Shown: positions 47,506 to 60,960 of the stretch, in pieces | How the letters are laid out: each line of letters opens with the position of its first letter | Position numbering within the stretch: position 1 is the first letter of the stretch | Origin: Pecten maximus | Taxonomy: Eukaryota | DNA length: 64,000 nt | Reading direction: 5' to 3' | NCBI RefSeq assembly: GCF_902652985.1 | Contig: NC_047023.1 | Location: 35,898,001 to 35,962,000 of the forward strand | Program-made: the position numbers and the translations under genes | Notes under the pieces: model-generated | The model's input: the letters and a program-made list of their open reading frames with translations, nothing else | Told to the model about the DNA's origin: nothing | The model's database searches: none

Positions 47506-50500
47506 AAATGTAGACAAGTGCAGATAGATACAGCAATTGTCTCCATAGAAAAGACAGAAAAATATATAAAAATGGTGTTTTTGTGTACATGGATGTATGT
47601 GTGAATTTTCTGAAACAGCTTGGCATGTGTTCAAGAATGGATTCTACTCTAAAGTTTCCTAAAACCAAAACCAGGATTAGTGAACTGATAACTGTCTACC
47701 GCATCATCCTGAAACTTTGCCAAAGCATTGATAAAAATGTGAGATTGCATCTTGAAACTTGTCAGAGAGGTTTTACACAAACAGTGTTTAAAATCTTATT
47801 GACATTTCTAGCATAATATACAAAATAGATGTAAATATAGATGTTTCACAATGATTTCTGGTGATTGTGAGTGTTGGGCCCTACAAAACCATTAAATTGG
47901 TGTCAAATCTATGTAGGGTTGGTATGTTGTACCTAGAAATCCATTAGATAGGGGTCAAATCCATGTAGGGTTGGCGTGTTGACTCTAGAAAACCAGTAGG
48001 GGTCAAATACATGTAGGGTTGCACGATATGTACATTGTAATGTACAATATTTGACTGTCACATTTGTGTAACCATAGTTTGCTGTGTATATTTTGCTAAG
48101 CTAAGTTATTTCTGTATACATGTGCTAATTTATGATATTCTTTTATAACGAACTGTGATATTGCCAAGGTATGATAGGAATCTGTTTCACGTGTCATATA
48201 CACTTGTATATATATGTTTTAAATGCATGTGTAAATCCAGTATAAAGTAGAATTTGGATCAAGTCAATGCCGATTTGTATCCAACTTATTTAAATTTGAT
48301 AGAAATGAAAAAGGCAAAGATAATAGGTTCAAAACGATCTCTAAACTCTGTATTGAATTAATTCATGTCTAGAAAGTCCCTCTCCACCAGTTGTAAGGGC
48401 AAGGCAATGAGAAATGTCTTTCATTTTTATTCTGCACATGGGCAGACCTCCTATACCATAAGTTTTGTTTCATTTGCTCCTTGCATATTTTGCTGGCTAC
48501 TGTGAAATTGGAAGTTTGCGGTTGAGGTCAACACATTGTTATTCCAGTTATACCAAAGATTAATAACACATGTACACTTCAAATACTGTATACAGTTTAG
48601 ATGGTAAAATTCATCGACAAATACTGTATAGTTCGTCAAATTCATGGAGAATTAAATTTCACTATATTCGTGTTCATTAAATGCAGCACAGAAATAAATG
48701 TCCAGACAATATTCATACAAACAAATGTATATTAGTGTTAACTACAGAATGTTATCAGGGTCTGGTTGTGTGAAATTAAATACCTCCAATTAGCTATAGG
48801 TCCAACTGGAACGACCACAAATGATTAGCCCCATGGATTTTAGTATCTAAACAGTGTATAGCTTTCACTGGAGTATCCCGATATATTTTGATTTTTCTCA
48901 CGCTTGATATCATCAGATGTGGACACATTCTTATGAAGATATTTATAGGGCTCAGACCTTACATCAAACATGTAAATGACCCCATATATACCTATTGGAC
49001 TTTATAACTTGTCTTACCTTCAATGATAAGAAGGCTATGTCCAGTGACTAAAACTTTTGTTCAAGGAATGTTGAGTATAGGAGATTGAAACAAAAATGTA
49101 GATCATTGGTAACATACTAAACGTTTCTGTATACCGTCATGTGTCTACCAAATAAAATATTGTCAATGAATCAATTAGATGCCTCGTCTTATTGTCATCA
49201 GGAAGGGGGTCATTAACGGCAAACATTTATGAGGACAAACTTGATGGTCCTTTAGAGCCAGTGAGCCGATACCATGCGACATCTGCCGTTCACTATCCAC
49301 CATTGCAACTTCCAGTAGTGTTTGCTGCACTATTCTCTACTAATACATTGAAACTAAAATATCTCGACCAATGTTTCAATATCAAATCTAGAATGACTAG
49401 AGGAAAGGGACAGTGCTATAGTCTGGATAGTGTGGGTGTCATGTCTAACAACTCATCAGAGGTGTCTGTATCAAACTATATAGGTGCTTCATGGTCAGTG
49501 GGTCAAGTGGGCATTTGATACATCATGTACATTGACCTCTATTTAACACATGACCTTCACCTTTAAAAGTTTGCAACTGTTATAATTCAAAGACATTCAT
49601 TGCGGTCATCATCATCATATGCTGTGGTCCACACTAAGAATTGGTCACTGCTTACTCATTTGACTTTAATCTAAAGAATTGGATTATAATTCAGAGAAAT
49701 ATTGATTTCTGGAACATGTTTACATAGAAAAATGTTTTGAGTAGATATCACACTTGCTTTGTTAACATCCAATTGGGAATATGTCATTAACAAACCTTAA
49801 TAAACCATTTTTTAATTTTAATTTTAAATCAGAAAATATCAAACAAAATCACAAACAAATTTTATAAACTGACAGCAGAATTGTATTCAATATTGCACAA
49901 AATTTATCACAAAGTTTATACAATGAACTTGGGACATTGAGGCTGGACAATTAGGCTAGTGATATACACAATCAGCACATCAAGTATAACGACATAACAA
50001 CAGGATATTCCACGTCATGTGCGATTTATAGAACATGTCAAGGATTTTTTTCCCATTTAGTTTCCTGAATTCAAAAGACGTTAAGTCTATAGTTCATTGA
50101 CCAATATATACAAAGTATATGTGAATTCCATTTGACTTTAAATTTGGCATAACTGACTGAACTGGTATATATATTGACCAATGTCACATGTAATTAACAA
50201 TGTTAAACAAATGTTCTATACAGTTGTCTATGTGGAGATTTTACCAATACATGTACTTCTGTATATTTCCTTCATATTAATACATTTTAATGATCATCAA
50301 TTAATCATGATAAGAGAAACTTAAAGATCATACATACATAAAATAGTGTATATTATCAAAATAGTCGTAAAACAATTTCAATTTGCCATAAATTGGGAAT
50401 TTTTTTTCCAAATCTGTATATAGCACCAATGTGCTAATATAAAACCATGTTTGAATGTGTGTAGAAAGAATATACATGTACAATCACAACATGTAGATAA

Positions 50501-52267
50501 AAAAAATTGAGAAAAGAATAACTGATGAAAAAATTCCCAGTTTACAGTATACTTTGTAAGAACAAAATGAATAAGAGAATTTAAAGAATTCAACAATTTT
50601 AATAAAATATTTTTTTAACAAATTCTAACTTAATATGTAATGCAGGTATCATTTCCATAACTTTGAACAAATGATACAGTGTATATATATACCTGAATAA
50701 TTTTTATCAAACACATTAAGTTGTTACCCAACTTATATAATTACCTCGTTCATTATATACCAAACTACCTGGTATATATTTAACACAAACAATTAATTGA
50801 ATGAGACATCTTTACTGTGAATTTTCATACCAAAAATAATACTGACATTCAAAAACATTTGAAATATTTCCTATTTCTTAAAGTTATATTTCACATATAT
50901 CTACACCATATTAAACATAATACCGTGCTTGAACAGAACAATCTGACATTTATAACTCCACTTCTAACTGGCTCCTCTTATTTGTCTCTTTTTCACATCA
51001 CGTACACTGCCTGTTGATGTAATATAAGTTTTTGCTTCATTATATTACCATATCAAGGGAGATAACAATATACACCCACCGAATGGCTAATAGTGTTATC
51101 TGCATCACCTTATGAGAGTGGTTAGATGGGGAGTTTTACCCTCACCTTTCACTACAAAAATTAATTTACCAACAGTTTGAAGAATACCAGTAATCAGGAG
51201 TTTGTCTTAATATCCCTATAATTTATAAAGCCTGTCAACTTTAAAAGAAATCAATTCAAAAATGTAGAATCTCGGAATAAAAATCATATCCCAAAATAAA
51301 CAAAGGGCGAAGACCTTTTTGTAAAAGTAGTCAAATCAAAATGCCTCTCTGGGGAAACAGCTTTATATCATGGTTATAAATCCTACCAACTTTCAAAGAA
51401 ATTGGTTGAAAAATGTTAATGATCTCTGGACAAAAACCTCAAATACGGAAATAAACAATGGGCAAAAAAAAATAAAAATTTTTACTAATTATAATATTAG
51501 AATATAATCAAGCTTCTGGTTTTGATTATTCGTGAAATACGTATATATCAACATAACATTCTTGTTAAACAATTAACAATGATAAATCTTGATTTAAGAA
51601 AACCTTTTACATTTCCCTTTTTTTAAATTAAAGTACTTTTTAGCTATGGCTTCCCCATTCGAAAAATACCAAATTTCTCAGTTTTATAGCTATATTTACA
51701 CAGTTTTCCGGTGTCTACAATTTCATTTAACACCAGACCATGCTTCTTGTTTACACATTTGAACTAATTGCTTGACATGATGGGAAAAGAAATATGTCTG
51801 TTTTGAAGTTATTGATATTGATACAAAGAACCAACAAGTGTATTAAATATTGGTATTAAGAATATAACACATTTAACCAGTGTGACCTTGAAGATAGGTC
51901 AAGGTCATTCAATTGAGCAACTTTGGTAGCCTATCCCAGCATGCTACTGGTCCAATATCATGACCCTAGGCCTCTTGGTAATAGACAAATCGAAAGTATA
52001 AATTGTTCATAACGCACAACAGACGACTCACAACAGATGATGCCCCAATGTCAAACATGTCAAATTATCAAACTATATCAAAATATACAGCAAACACTTT
52101 CAACGTCAAACATGATCACTACAAAATACTAAAAAACAAACCCAAAAAGCATGTTCACTGTGTTGGAAACAAAACTGAACAACAAGTACCATTAAATGAT
52201 ACTTTTATATAAATATTGATAATATTTACAAATTTATATAACTGATGACCAACTATACATATAATGA

Positions 52268-54172
52268 TCAATGAAGTTTGATGAACTCCTCGAGTACAAG
52301 GGGAACAACTCCTTGATACTTTATATCTTGTAGCTGTATAGACTTGGCGGCAATACACTTAAGAGACAGCTTGCTGTTTGTCCTTAGAATGACAACTGCT
52401 ACACCTGATGTTGCAATTTCGATAGGCGTTTTCCGTTCACTATTGCAAATATCGAGGTGAGCACCGTTTTTTATCAAAGCCATAAGAATATGGTGAAGGG
52501 TATCAAAATCACTAATTGGATTTGAATATTTGACAATTATGTGCAAAGGGCTGTTTCTATGACAGTCCAGGGCATTCAGATCAGCCCCACACTCAATGAG
52601 CAACTTTGTAAGATTGATATTTGGGAAATTCACCACATCATTTACATGGAAATCGTCCACTAGTGTTGCACTATCCACAGCCATGTGTAAAGGACTGTAG
52701 TTATTTTTCAAGACTGGTTTATTTTTAAGGAATTTATACACCATTTTATGTAATTCATCGTTGTCCTTTGACTTCGGCACTTTCTGTGCTATCACAAGTA
52801 AATAGAGACATGTGTGTATATTGCTTTGGTAAATCTCCACAAGAGCATCCTTGTCTTCGTCTCCTTTGGCAATTCTGTCAGTGTCACGTTGCAGTTCTAT
52901 CACAGCATGATGGAAGACTTCTTCCACATTTTTGAAATCAAGATCCACCCCTATGTGAACCATTTGTGAGAAAACCTGGGCAAATCTGAGAAGATCTTTT
53001 GATATTGTTCTGTTGTTGCGCTGACGAAGCCTCATAGCATGTAGCCATAAGGCAATGCATCTGTCAAATCTGGCACTGTCCGCAAACACAGCTCCACGAA
53101 AAATAACAGGATGAGGTACTTCTGGATTGTCTTCACCCAGAATTCTTTCTCTAATTGCAAGAGATTCCATATGAAGTGCCCTGAAATCCTGTCGAATTGC
53201 ATCTAGTTCAACAAGAGTTTTACACTCAACACGATTATCGTATGCTGGCACTGGGTCACAATGCGGCTTTTCAATAATACTTTGTGGGTCACTATAGCGA
53301 ACATGCATGGCTTCTCGAAGGTATAGAAATGCCTTGTTGATATCATAGTTTTCTTTGTCATTTGCGTAAGAAGCTCCTAAAAGTTCTAGCGCATCAATCT
53401 TTTCTTCACGTTTGCATTCAGGCAGTGAAATTAAATACTCCACGACCTCAGACTTTCCACATTCAGCTGCAACTGTAAGTGGCGTCATGTTGTGATCATT
53501 CTTTAATCTTGATGCACCAAACTTTACTAATTCGTGTACGATTTCTAAGTGGCCACATTCTGATGAGAAATGCAAAGCTGTTGCTCCACAATGAGCACTA
53601 CAATCTGGATTTGCCCCGTTCTCCAGTAGGTACCGTACTACCTCCTTGTGTCCTTTGTAGCTGGATATCATCAAACATGTATTGTTGTACTTGTTGGATA
53701 TCTTGGGGTCTGCATTGTGTTCTATTAGATATTTCACAATGTCGAGTCTGCCATCGAAACATGCGGCTCTGAGTGGTGTAGAGTTTGTAAGCGTTGGGTG
53801 GTTTACATCCGCTCCATGGTCAATTAACAATTTGACCACACCGAAATGACCGGCCCCAGCAGCGCACCACAAAGACGTGGCTCCTTCAATTACAAAACCG
53901 TCAAATTTCACAACACCTGTTTGTTCTATATCTACCAAAAAGTTAGTCAACAACACAGCTACTACCTTTTCTTCACCATTTCTTGCGGCAATAATAAGCG
54001 GTGTTGTTTTCTGTCCATCTTCCTCCGAGTGGTGCTCTAAAACCTCTCTTACTATTTCCCTTTCAACGTTCCACAGCATGGCAAAGATGCTAATGGCCAT
54101 TCCATCGCGTGCAGAAGTGAATACTTTATGTTTCAAAGTTTTTATAACTTCTGGAGTATATTCAGAGGCCAT
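52268..54172 (-). CDS. FEM1B: Protein fem-1 homolog B (CRL2 substrate receptor), single-exon CDS, 634 aa from ATG
   Basis: FEM1B motifs [70 protein letters not shown] and C-terminal LSLKCIAA (BC/VHL box). The ORF-track start at 54196 is TTG; the first ATG is at 54172. Confidence 0.95.
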   Translation of the reverse strand: MASEYTPEVIKTLKHKVFTSARDGMAISIFAMLWNVEREIVREVLEHHSEEDGQKTTPLIIAARNGEEKVVAVLLTNFLVDIEQTGVVKFDGFVIEGATSLWCAAGAGHFGVVKLLIDHGADVNHPTLTNSTPLRAACFDGRLDIVKYLIEHNADPKISNKYNNTCLMISSYKGHKEVVRYLLENGANPDCSAHCGATALHFSSECGHLEIVHELVKFGASRLKNDHNMTPLTVAAECGKSEVVEYLISLPECKREEKIDALELLGASYANDKENYDINKAFLYLREAMHVRYSDPQSIIEKPHCDPVPAYDNRVECKTLVELDAIRQDFRALHMESLAIRERILGEDNPEVPHPVIFRGAVFADSARFDRCIALWLHAMRLRQRNNRTISKDLLRFAQVFSQMVHIGVDLDFKNVEEVFHHAVIELQRDTDRIAKGDEDKDALVEIYQSNIHTCLYLLVIAQKVPKSKDNDELHKMVYKFLKNKPVLKNNYSPLHMAVDSATLVDDFHVNDVVNFPNINLTKLLIECGADLNALDCHRNSPLHIIVKYSNPISDFDTLHHILMALIKNGAHLDICNSERKTPIEIATSGVAVVILRTNSKLSLKCIAAKSIQLQDIKYQGVVPLVLEEFIKLH

Positions 54173-56665
54173 GACTTTAACCCAAAACACCGTCAACAGT
54201 TTACTTTGTACAGAATCATCCTGTTTCGGCAGCCATACTTATTCAGTTTTATTGCGCATGTCAAATCAGAGTTACTTCCCCTCTTCCACACCATAAACGA
54301 GTTCGAAGCTGAATAAGTTTTTTTTGTATTATTATTTTGTTTTACATTTCAAGAGCATGCACCAAAATGAACAGCAGTCACTGAGAATATTTTTTTTTTT
54401 TAAATAATATACAATAATACGATCAATATGAAATCAGTTAAAAGGCCAGAGCAGCCACCATGCACGATTAAGTGTAACATACAAAAATTGTAGAGCTAGG
54501 TAACCATACATGTCAGTTATATGTATATATATGAATGTATATACCGTAAATTCAATTTCTGTGGAGGAAATCAATTAATTGATGACAAAAAAATGTTTAA
54601 CCAGATAATACAGTATGCGCATGAGCCAGCTGGTAACGACCATAGATAGCATTATCGTCCCATTCGAACTTGAACCAAACAAAATAATAAATGCATGGAT
54701 GAATAAGTATACTTTCTACACGCCATGGCGTATAAATAAATGACGACAAAAATCTTTTCCTATTTTAGTAACACTATCATTTCTTTATAACATATGTCCT
54801 CATTATATTATACAAAGACCTATATTTTTATATACATGTATATATGTCAAGTAGTAATAACGACAGTACAGACAAGTAAATTGTCGAATTTTCGAGGCAA
54901 TCTGCCCCTTTATCAAGACACAGGTAATACGATCACATATAGACATAGAACATGGAACAGTTACACAAATATAGAAGGTCTTAGTAATGTTATAATAACT
55001 TGTGCCTAATTCTTTATGCTTTTGAAACATATAAAATATGTTTAAATCAATCTAATGGAATTTTCAACCAAAAATACACAGAAAAAAATGTGTGTAATCT
55101 TTTTTATGCTAAACTAGTGACTAGAAAATCTATATTCCAGGTTTTTGTAATAATAGCAGTAAATTATGCTGACCTTTTGAGGGAGATGGATTGATATAAG
55201 CTTTAAGCTTGTTTCAAGATCCTTTTGCAAATTATGAAATGATATTTTGTATTTTTGTATGCAATGTCTATGAATTGAATAAAATACTGTTTTAAATTAA
55301 TTTTATGCCTTATTAACTGTGTAGTATCCTGTGTAGTATCCGGGGAAAAATCAAACGATATCTCTACATCAAAATCACACATTGATTTTCTGGCTCCGGC
55401 CAGAGCGGGCTTGTTGAGATGACGGTGTTTTTCCAAAGTTGGTCTAAGTTAGAACATCATTGGGTGAAGCTAGGTGTTATATCAAACTATGAATTTAAAG
55501 TTGTATTTTGAAAACAATTTTAACACTTATTCCCTGCTCTATAATAACTTGATGGTCCTATTCATTTCCGTTACACTATCTTTAATTCATTGCTACAGTT
55601 GAGTGTAGACTAAAGGTTACACAAAGTGCACTCCGTTTGGACTTGGAGTGCACTCCGTTTGGACTCCAGGTAAACTTGGAGTGCACTCTGAGTGCACTCA
55701 AGTTTACCTGGAGTCCTATCAGGCCCCAATTCTACCTTGGTCCACAAGTATCACATGTACCTGTAACCAAGTACATATACATGTACACATAATGTTTATA
55801 TATAGATGTATACTCATATACAATTAAGACTCCTAAAACATGTAACAATAAGATATGTGTTACTGTTTTATCTTTGTATATACCATATAATTGTGTTGGT
55901 TCATTTTTACTTGGTTAACAAACAATGCATCTAATATAATTGATTTTTTTTTATTAGAAAACCCTGTATAAGTGACTGAATAGATATGGCACTTTGTTGA
56001 AAAATATATGACAGCATTCCTTTGATTTGAAGAATTTTAACAAGCCACGCCATAAATGAATAGATATTGGGAATAAACAGAAATGTATTTGGCAAGTTGT
56101 TTGTGGTCTCTCAAAATGTACAGTCTGAATGTGTACTGGAACTATCTTGTACTCAAAGTACTACTGTTTTTAATATTTCAAATACTTTACTTCCAACAGT
56201 ATATATATTACTTAACATACAATACAAAAGAAAGCTTGTTTTTTATCACCTTGATAGCATATTCTGGATCCAATGTCTAGTTTTGTTTAGAGTTTAACAT
56301 CAGACTTACATTTCCATTTGGTAAACCAACTGTTTTTTTGTTTTGTTACACTTGCCTTATTAAATCCAGGTCATACATGGAGTTCTTTTAACTGTTATGT
56401 AAGATGTAATATACAATCCCCCCCCCCCCCCCCCCCCCCCCCCATCCCCACTCCCCACTTCCAGAATCAATATTTACCTGTATATCAAGCGTGATTACAG
56501 GGGTGTGGAGAAAGACAGACTTGTACACTGACCCCAATAATGACCCCTTCCTCCAAGTTGACCTTATAAGGTGTGAAGATCAGGACAGGTGTACACAGTC
56601 ATCTAACTAGATAAAGACCCCCTTAATTGTTAGATGGAAACTGGTCATCACACCTTACCTTTACC

Positions 56666-57723
56666 TAGCCTGAGTTTCCTCTGGCCCTGACACCATTCTT
56701 TTATTCCTTAAAGGATTACTAAACGTGAAGAAAACAGTCAATAGCTCCATGGTGTATTTTGAGACTGGTAGATATAGTTTACATGTACAACGAAAAATAA
56801 TGATCATGAAGTATTGGTTAAAGTTGTTAAAGACAAATAATTGTATATTGAAGTCATGCTATGTGGCACTGCTAGAGCTCAATATTAAAAAGCCTAATTG
56901 TAAATTAAACTGGGTCTATGAGATAAAAGATGATTTATGTAGACATGGCTTTAATTACGTTTGGATTGCTCAAAATGTTAACAATGAAAAACACTTTTTA
57001 GAATTGTATACGCAACGCTTGCATGACATATTTATACAAGATTTACATAGTTCCTTTAATAATTCTTCTAAGTGTCAAATTTATAAATATCTTGCGAATG
57101 ACTTTGAACTTCAATATTACCTGACGAAATCTCTTAATTCTAAAACTAAACAGATTTTAAGTAAATATCGTATGCAGGCACACTCTCTTCATATTGAGTC
57201 CGGACGCTATAATGCAGTTCCGAGAGGTGAGCGAATTTGCACTGTGTGTAACAACAATGATATTGAAGACGAAATGCATTTTATTTTATTATGTCCTGCG
57301 TATGTAGAATTGAGAATTAAATTTTTAAAGAAGTACTATTACAAACATCCTAGTGTATTCAAGCTAATAGAATTATTTTCATATAAAAATATTAAAACAT
57401 TACGTAATTTGGGTAAATATTTGGTGCATGCAACAGAATTAAGAAACAATCTAATGAATTTATGAACCTATGCGGTATCGTCTATAGTGCTATATTGTAC
57501 TTCATTATTTTAATGATATTAATGGTAATGAGTATTAATATTAATTTTGTACATGTATAAGGAATTATCCTCCGCCATCTTGGGACATTCTATTATTATG
57601 ATTCTTGTATTATGTATTGATATATACCTATATGTTATATGACATTTGGTAAATAAAAAACTTGAAGAAACTTGAAACCATATCTGGTGTATATGGTGTC
57701 AGGGCCAGAGGAAACTCGGGCTA
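56666..57723. mobile_element. Tiny palindromic MITE (TAG...CTA ends, 3-bp TSD; Academ-like) split by a LINE insertion
   Basis: tagcctgagtttcctctggccctgacaccat / atggtgtcagggccagaggaaactcgggcta; ACC on both sides. Confidence 0.75.
56697..57676 (+). mobile_element. 3' fragment of a LINE (C-terminal CCHC domain)
   Basis: ORF 56725-57465 with vyfETGR, LHIESGRY and RICTVC...IEDEMHFILLCPAY; aataaa plus (ACTTGAA) tail; ACCAT duplicated at the ends. Confidence 0.85.
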
Positions 57724-59313
57724 ACCTATATACCAAGTTCATATAGAATATAGGTACAGACTTGTGACTGTCTATATCTGACACTTTTGAAATGACATGA
57801 TTGTTCATTACTATTAAAATACTATTACAACAACAGTTATAAGTCATTATCATATATATAAAAAAAAACATAACAAAAGATATTTTATTTCAAACTGGTA
57901 CTATTACTTTGTGTCTTTAATATTATAATGTAAGTATGTATAGAGTATTAGAAGTCAATTATAATGTAAATCACCACAGATTAATATGATTTCCATGTTT
58001 GAGTTATAAGTAAATACTTATCAAACATTCCATACACTAACTGCAGCTTACCTTATGAATTTTTTTTAAAGTTTAAACATTTAACTTTATGATTTTATAA
58101 TTGTCTTGAACAACCATTGTACATTCATGACCTGTATCTGTGACATGTATGAGTGACACATCGATGATAGATATTGACTGCATAGGAAGAGAAAACGATG
58201 TAGTTCCAACAGGTAAGTTTTCCAGGTAAATGGTACATAGGTTGCCAGTGTCTAACTGCCACGGGGCAAATTGTACCTCAGGCAGTTTCCTGTTTCCTAT
58301 TATGATCCCATTTCCTGGACGAGAACAATGTGTACTAATTACGGGTATACGGCTATAGGTTGGTTTTGGGAAATAGTGAATTTACATTTATTATACCATT
58401 GGGAATTATACTGATTTTTTTTTTTTTTTTACTTTAATCTCTTTCTTTACAAATATTTTTTTAAAGCAATGTCTTTATATTTTTAAATATAACAAGATAA
58501 GAACTGCGTCATTTCTTAATTTGATTTACATTATTTTTTTCTGAACTTGTATCATTCAACATTTCACCTCTACATACCGGACACCTGCATAAATCGGCCA
58601 ATACGTTTAGTCTCAATGACTTACAGTTTAGACAGGTTACAATGTTATAAGAAACAGCTTATTTTTACTTTCTAATTTCGGTATAGAATAACTTCATTTC
58701 AATAAAGTTGGTCTTCTAAAACCTGTTTACCAGTTTGTTAATGGTTTTACAGCTTATTTTGACATTTCCACCTTAATTATATCGGTATTTCGTTTATAAT
58801 TTTGGTCTGATTAAGGCCTCTCAGATGGAGAGCTACAATCCTTTCCTTCAGGTCAGGAGATAATCTTACTGTTTTGATGGCCTGAGGCTACACACCCAGC
58901 TTTGCACAGCTTCATCATTTGAAGCCATACAACAACAAAGATGGACATAGGTATTTCTGTGAACCCAGGACAGTACCTGTAGCTGGCTACTAAAACTCAC
59001 CTGGCACAGTTCTCGGGTGTGTCAGGCCAGAGTCAGTCATGCATGGCCAATAATAATAGCAATTATAACAGATACTGTCATTTATTATGGGTAGTACAGA
59101 ACTAAATACTTGTGTGTACATTATGTCAGAACATTATTTTAACCAGGTAATGCTCGTGAATATTTACAGTTGTAAATGTATACTTTTTAACAATACATTT
59201 AAAAATGTAAACCTATGTAAACTATATTGATTATGTTTATTTTATAATTACTTGCCTGAACTGAGTACATATCTGTAGTTATATTTTCCTTTCATGCAGA
59301 GAATGTCTTATTA

Positions 59314-60960
59314 AACAAGAGATCCCAGAGGGATCTTGGCGCCCACCATTGAATGATCTTCATAGGTTCCATGTCAGATTGATCTTTTCTCTACTTTTCC
59401 CTTCATTTTACTAATCTGTGCAAATTGAGACATCCCTCCAGTACTTTTCAAACAAGGGAATCCTAGCTATATAAGAAATTTGAGATTTAACGATAATGGC
59501 TGTTTGTTTGCCAGGTTGTTTTCAGGACAGACTGGTCCAAAAACGCAATACAAGGGACCAAGGGGAACCTACTTATGAAATTTGAGAAAGATCCATTCAG
59601 TACTTTGAGAAATAGAGATAACAAACTTCAATTGTTAAAATCCAAGATGGCGGTCTGTCGGCCATGTTGTTTTCTGATTGGTCTCAAAACGCAATATGCA
59701 TAACTAGGCACCAAGGGCAACCTACATATGAAATTTCAGAAAGATCCATTCAGTACTTTCTCAGAAATAGTGATAACAAACTTAAATTGTCAAAATCCAT
59801 GATGGCTGCCTGTCGGCCATGTTGTTATCCGATTGGTCTCAAAACGCAATATGCATAACTAGGCACCAAGGGAAACTTACATATGCAATTTGAGAAAGAT
59901 CCATTCAGTACATTCTCAGAAATAGCGATAACAAACTTCAATTGTCAAAATCCAAGATGGCTGCCTGTCGGCCATGTTGTTTTCGGATTGGTCTCAAAAC
60001 GCAATATGCATAACTAGGCACCAAGGGAAACCTACAAATGAAATTTCAGAAAGATCCATTCAGTACTTTCTCAGAAATAGTGGTAACAAACTTCAATTGT
60101 CAAAATCCAAGATGGCTGCCTGTCGGCCATGTTGTTTTCCGATTGGTCTCAAATCGCAATATGCATAACTAGGCACCAAGGGGAACCTACATATGAAATT
60201 TCAGAAAGATCCCTTCAGTACTTTCTCAGAAATAGCGATAACAAACTTCAATTGTCAAAATCCAAGATGGCTGCCTGTCGGCCATGTTGTTATCCGATTG
60301 GTCTCAAAACGCAATATGCATAACTAGGCACCAAGGGGAACCTTCATATTAAATTTGAGAAAGATCCCTTCAGTACTTTCTCAGAAATAGCGATAACAAA
60401 CTTCAATTGTCAAAATCCAAGATGTCTGCCTGTCGGCCATTTTGTTTTCGGATTGGTCTCAAATCGCAATATGCATAACTAGGCACCAAGGGGAACCTAC
60501 ATATGAAATTTCAGAAAGATCCCTTCAGTACTTTCTCAGAAATTACGATAACAAACTTCAATTGTCAAAATCCAAGATGGCTGCCTGTCGGCCATGTTGT
60601 TATCCGATTGGTCTCAAAACGCAATATGCATAACTAGGCACCAAGGGGAACCTTCATATTAAATTTGAGAAAGATCCCTTCAGTACTTTCTCAGAAATAG
60701 CGATAACAAACTTCAATTGTCAAAATCCAAGATGGCAGCCTGTCGGCCATTTTGTTTTCCGATTGGTCTCAAAACGCAATATGCATAACAAGGCAGCAAG
60801 GGGAACCTACATATGAAATTTGAGAAAGATCCCTTCAGTACTTTCTGAGAAATAGCGATAACAAGAATTGTTTACGGACGGAGGGACGGACGGACGACGG
60901 ACGACGGACCACGGACGCAGGGCGATTTGAACAGCCCACCATCTGATGATGGTGGGCTAA
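59314..60960 (+). mobile_element. Helentron/HINE-like element with internal 155-bp tandem array (~8.5 copies)
   Basis: aacaagagatccc..ggatcttg start, 155-bp period (tccaagatggc at 59641, 59951, 60106...), (GGAC)n, terminal palindrome agcccaccat..atggtgggct, A-run. Confidence 0.85.

Noticed and set aside
53479-54316. Plus-strand ORFs overlapping FEM1B (and their copies at 62048-62885)
   Set aside because: Antisense shadows of the FEM1B coding sequence.
56418-56443. C26 homopolymer (possible G-quadruplex)
   Set aside because: Poly-C runs are common in such genomes and their length is unreliable in assemblies.
58800-59050. GC-richer, exon-like stretch inside the 6-kb element
   Set aside because: The two plus-strand frames I translated contain stops and no recognisable transposase motif; a translated database search would be needed.
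59664-60633. Four near-identical 63-64 aa ORFs
   Set aside because: Translations of the 155-bp repeat inside a non-autonomous element.
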